From Thraustochytrium aureum (Eukaryota): DNA of 20,000 bases. Location: assembly GCA_012862495.1 (NCBI GenBank), contig BLSG01000113.1:66865-86864 (forward strand), read 5' to 3'. The notes below the pieces were generated by a model that was not told the DNA's origin, made no database searches, and was given only the letters and a program-made list of their open reading frames with translations. A program made the translations under genes and the position numbers. This document shows positions 17,541 through 20,000 of this stretch, in pieces. Within the stretch, counting starts at the first letter, position 1; each line of letters opens with the position of its first letter.

Positions 17541-19689
17541 TCAAGCGCCGCTAGACCCCTTCTTGCGCACAATTGCACCAGGACGCAATGAGCGCCGCTT
17601 GGAATCCTGCTTGAGGCGGCTGCGCGTCTCGTCGAGGTACGCCCGCAGCGCCTCTTTGACCTGGGCAACAGGAATCGACTTTGAGCAAATGGTGAACGAC
17701 ACGCCCTTGTCCTTGATGATATACCCGATGCCAACGCCGTCGAGCGAGACGGGGCCAAAGCCAAACAGTTTGAGCGCCGGGTTGCCGCAGTTGGAGGTGG
17801 AGAGCACCGTCTCAGACAGCTTGGCGTAGCCCGGGCTCGAGTAGAGCAGCGGAAGCGCCACGTCCGCTCCGTTGGCGCGCCGCCACGCGCACTTGAGCGC
17901 GTACAGGTGGCGGTCCACGCCCAGCCCATCGCTAGCGCGCGCCGTCATCGCCGAGTGGGCCTTGGCGGCCGCGCGAAGCGCGGACACGGCCTCTTCGGCG
18001 GCAACCGGCTCCGGGCCGTTGACCAAGTCCACGTACGCCTTCGCTTCCTTGGTGACAGAGCGGCCCGCCTCCGTGCGCCCTTGCAAGAATCGCTTGGTCA
18101 TGACGCTCTCGTACGTGTTGGCGACCTCGCCAGTGACCTTGAACACGCTCGCCATCATGCACTGCTGCACAAACGCGTCGGGAGAAAGCTTGTGTGACAC
18201 GATGAATTTCTTGCCGTACCCAGTGTACTCGAGGCTGTCCACCTCGTAGGCAGCCACCATGTCTTGCAGGTGCGCGTGCGCCTCGCGGATCCCTTGCCGG
18301 ATCGATTCGTCCAGCTCCAGCTCGATCTTGCGAGGCCCGCTCTCGCCCTTGCCGTGCGAAGGCGAGGACGACTCTGCTGCCGACCCGGCGCGCGCGTAGC
18401 GCACGCTCTGCAGGTGGTTGCGAACCGCTCCCTTGCCGCTGATGGCCTGGGCGAACCGAATGATTGTGTCGGTGAACACGTCGCTCACAACGCGGAGCAC
18501 GGTGTGCCCGTCAGCCGGGGTGTGCTCAAAGTTGACCGAGGCGGACCCATTCTCCGAAACAATGATCTCTAGCTTGTCGTACCACCGCGACATGCAGGTC
18601 CCGACCTCAACCCCGTCCTCGGTGAGGCGGGTCGTGCCGCGCAGCGCATTTGCGGCCGCTTCGGTCACCGACTCGGGGCTCGAGCCAATGTCCAGGCACA
18701 GGACGAAGATGGCCTCGTCGATCACGGCTAGCTCTGCTGCGTTGCCCTCGCTCAGGCCGGCGATCTCGTTGCGATACTTGGCCCAGGTGGTCCTGCGTTC
18801 AGACGTGAGCACGCCGAACGCGTCCGCCGCGCACGTGGCGTCGTCCACGTCAAGCGCGTCGTCCTTGATCGCCTCCAGGTTTGCTGTGATCTCGTCCAGA
18901 GAGACCAGCAGCGACCCGTCCTCTGCGACCACGTCGAAAGTGTAAAACTGGTTGCGACAGACCACGACGATGTGGCGCGCGTCGTGCTTGGTCACGATCG
19001 AGTCGCTGCCGGGGGCCCGCGGCCGTGCGGGATGCGCGCGCTGCCCACCACCTTGGTGAACTGCGACATGCAGAGCGGCGTTTTGCGGACCATGTCTACG
19101 GACAGCGTCTCGCTTCGCACGGCGTGGACAAACTTGCACATCGACAGAACCAGCGCGCTGGCCCGGGCGACCTGGTCGTTCCGCCCAGGCGTTGGGTCGT
19201 CCTCCAGCACAAAGTACGGGTTGACGTTGATCGTCACCGGGTCGTCCATCAGCAGGTAGGCGTCATCCCAGAACGCGTCCACATAGTTGTCTTTGTCGGC
19301 GCTGTAGGCCTGCAGCTCCGCCTGCATCGCGCGGCCCGCCTCGCCGCGAAGCTCGAGACGGCTTCGCGGGTCTCCTGCAGCTCCTCCTCGGTCAGCAGCG
19401 GTGCCACTGTCTCGAGAAACCTGTCGCAGGTATCCTCCAGCTCGGGAATCGGCAGATGTGGCAACTCGTTCTGAAACCTGAACGTCCCTGTAGCTTTCCT
19501 CTCCTCGGGCTCGCTCACCGCCGGCTCGAACTTGACGCTCTTCGTCTTGGACGCCGCCGCCGCCGCCGCCGCCGCCGAGCTCCGCACATTCTCCGCCGCG
19601 CCGGCCTGCGGCGCCTTCCTCAGCACCTCCTCTTTGAGCCTTTCCCTTCGAGCGGCGCGACCGCCGCTCGACGACTTGGCGTTGCCCAT
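17541..19689 (-). CDS. Choline/carnitine O-acyltransferase, resembling fungal YAT1-type carnitine acetyltransferase; two apparent frameshifts (~19345, ~19018)
   Basis: Three consecutive frames give LPHLPIPELEDTCDRFL; then FWDDAYL...INVNPYFVLEDDPTP...PLCMSQF...ARIP; then HIVVVCRNQFY...LTSERR...FVLCLD...RWYDKL...FEHTPADG (catalytic HxxxD)...SPDAFVQ...TYESVMTKRFLQGRTE...GVDRHLYAL...LSTSNCGNPALKLFGFGPV. Confidence 0.9.
19553..19576. repeat. (GCC)8 encoding poly-Ala in the acyltransferase N-terminus
   Basis: Read directly; translates as SSAAAAAAAASK. Confidence 0.9.
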
Positions 19690-19842
19690 CGCGCGCGCGG
19701 CGAGCGTGCGTCAAGCGAGCGGCCTTTCCTTCCTTGCGCACCGCGTTCGAGCGCTCAGCTCGCTTGGCCCTCGCCGCGGTCCTGCTCGGGCTCTTCCTCC
19801 TGCGTCCGTCCAGCGAGTCCAGTCAGTCTGGCGATCAAGAGG

Positions 19843-19860
19843 GCCTGCCTGCCTGCCTGC
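19843..19860 (-). repeat. short (GCAG)n tract, sense to the acyltransferase
   Basis: gcctgcctgcctgcctgc on the + strand, ~155-170 nt upstream of the ATG. Confidence 0.8.
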
Positions 19861-20000
19861 AGCGCCCCGGCACGCACGCACGCGAGCAAGCGCATGCGTG
19901 TGCACATTTTCTGATCTGAAAGAGGACGTGTTTCGTCTCGTTTTACCCTCTCGGCTCTCTGTCGTCAATGCTGTGCACAGGAACGATCCCGATCCCGACG

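Noticed and set aside
2752..19689. Fatty-acid oxidation gene cluster (thiolase plus carnitine acyltransferase)
   Set aside because: The genes are ~13 kb apart with unrelated genes between; no evidence beyond proximity.

Overview
GC-rich eukaryotic (protist-type) draft genomic DNA with five N-gaps and apparently intronless CDSs. A stramenopile such as a thraustochytrid is my inference from gene style and (GGCA)n repeats; it is not established. Housekeeping genes flank the window: a WD40 protein (-, runs off the left edge), an HADHB-type 3-ketoacyl-CoA thiolase (+), a SKA3-like kinetochore protein (+, split by a probably spurious gap) and a YAT1-like carnitine acyltransferase (-, two frameshifts). 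Between them is an ~11.3-kb accessory block (5960-17291). It holds three paralogous secreted Cys-rich proteins with VWD-like GDPH repeats and one gene that looks like a bacterial T6SS Hcp/tail-tube protein carrying a signal peptide. The Hcp-like gene and the two paralogs with visible 5' regions share an upstream GCGGCA(A/G)ACCC motif. This suggests a co-regulated secreted module and is the best candidate for an undescribed system. All homology calls are from reading motifs by eye; no searches were run.
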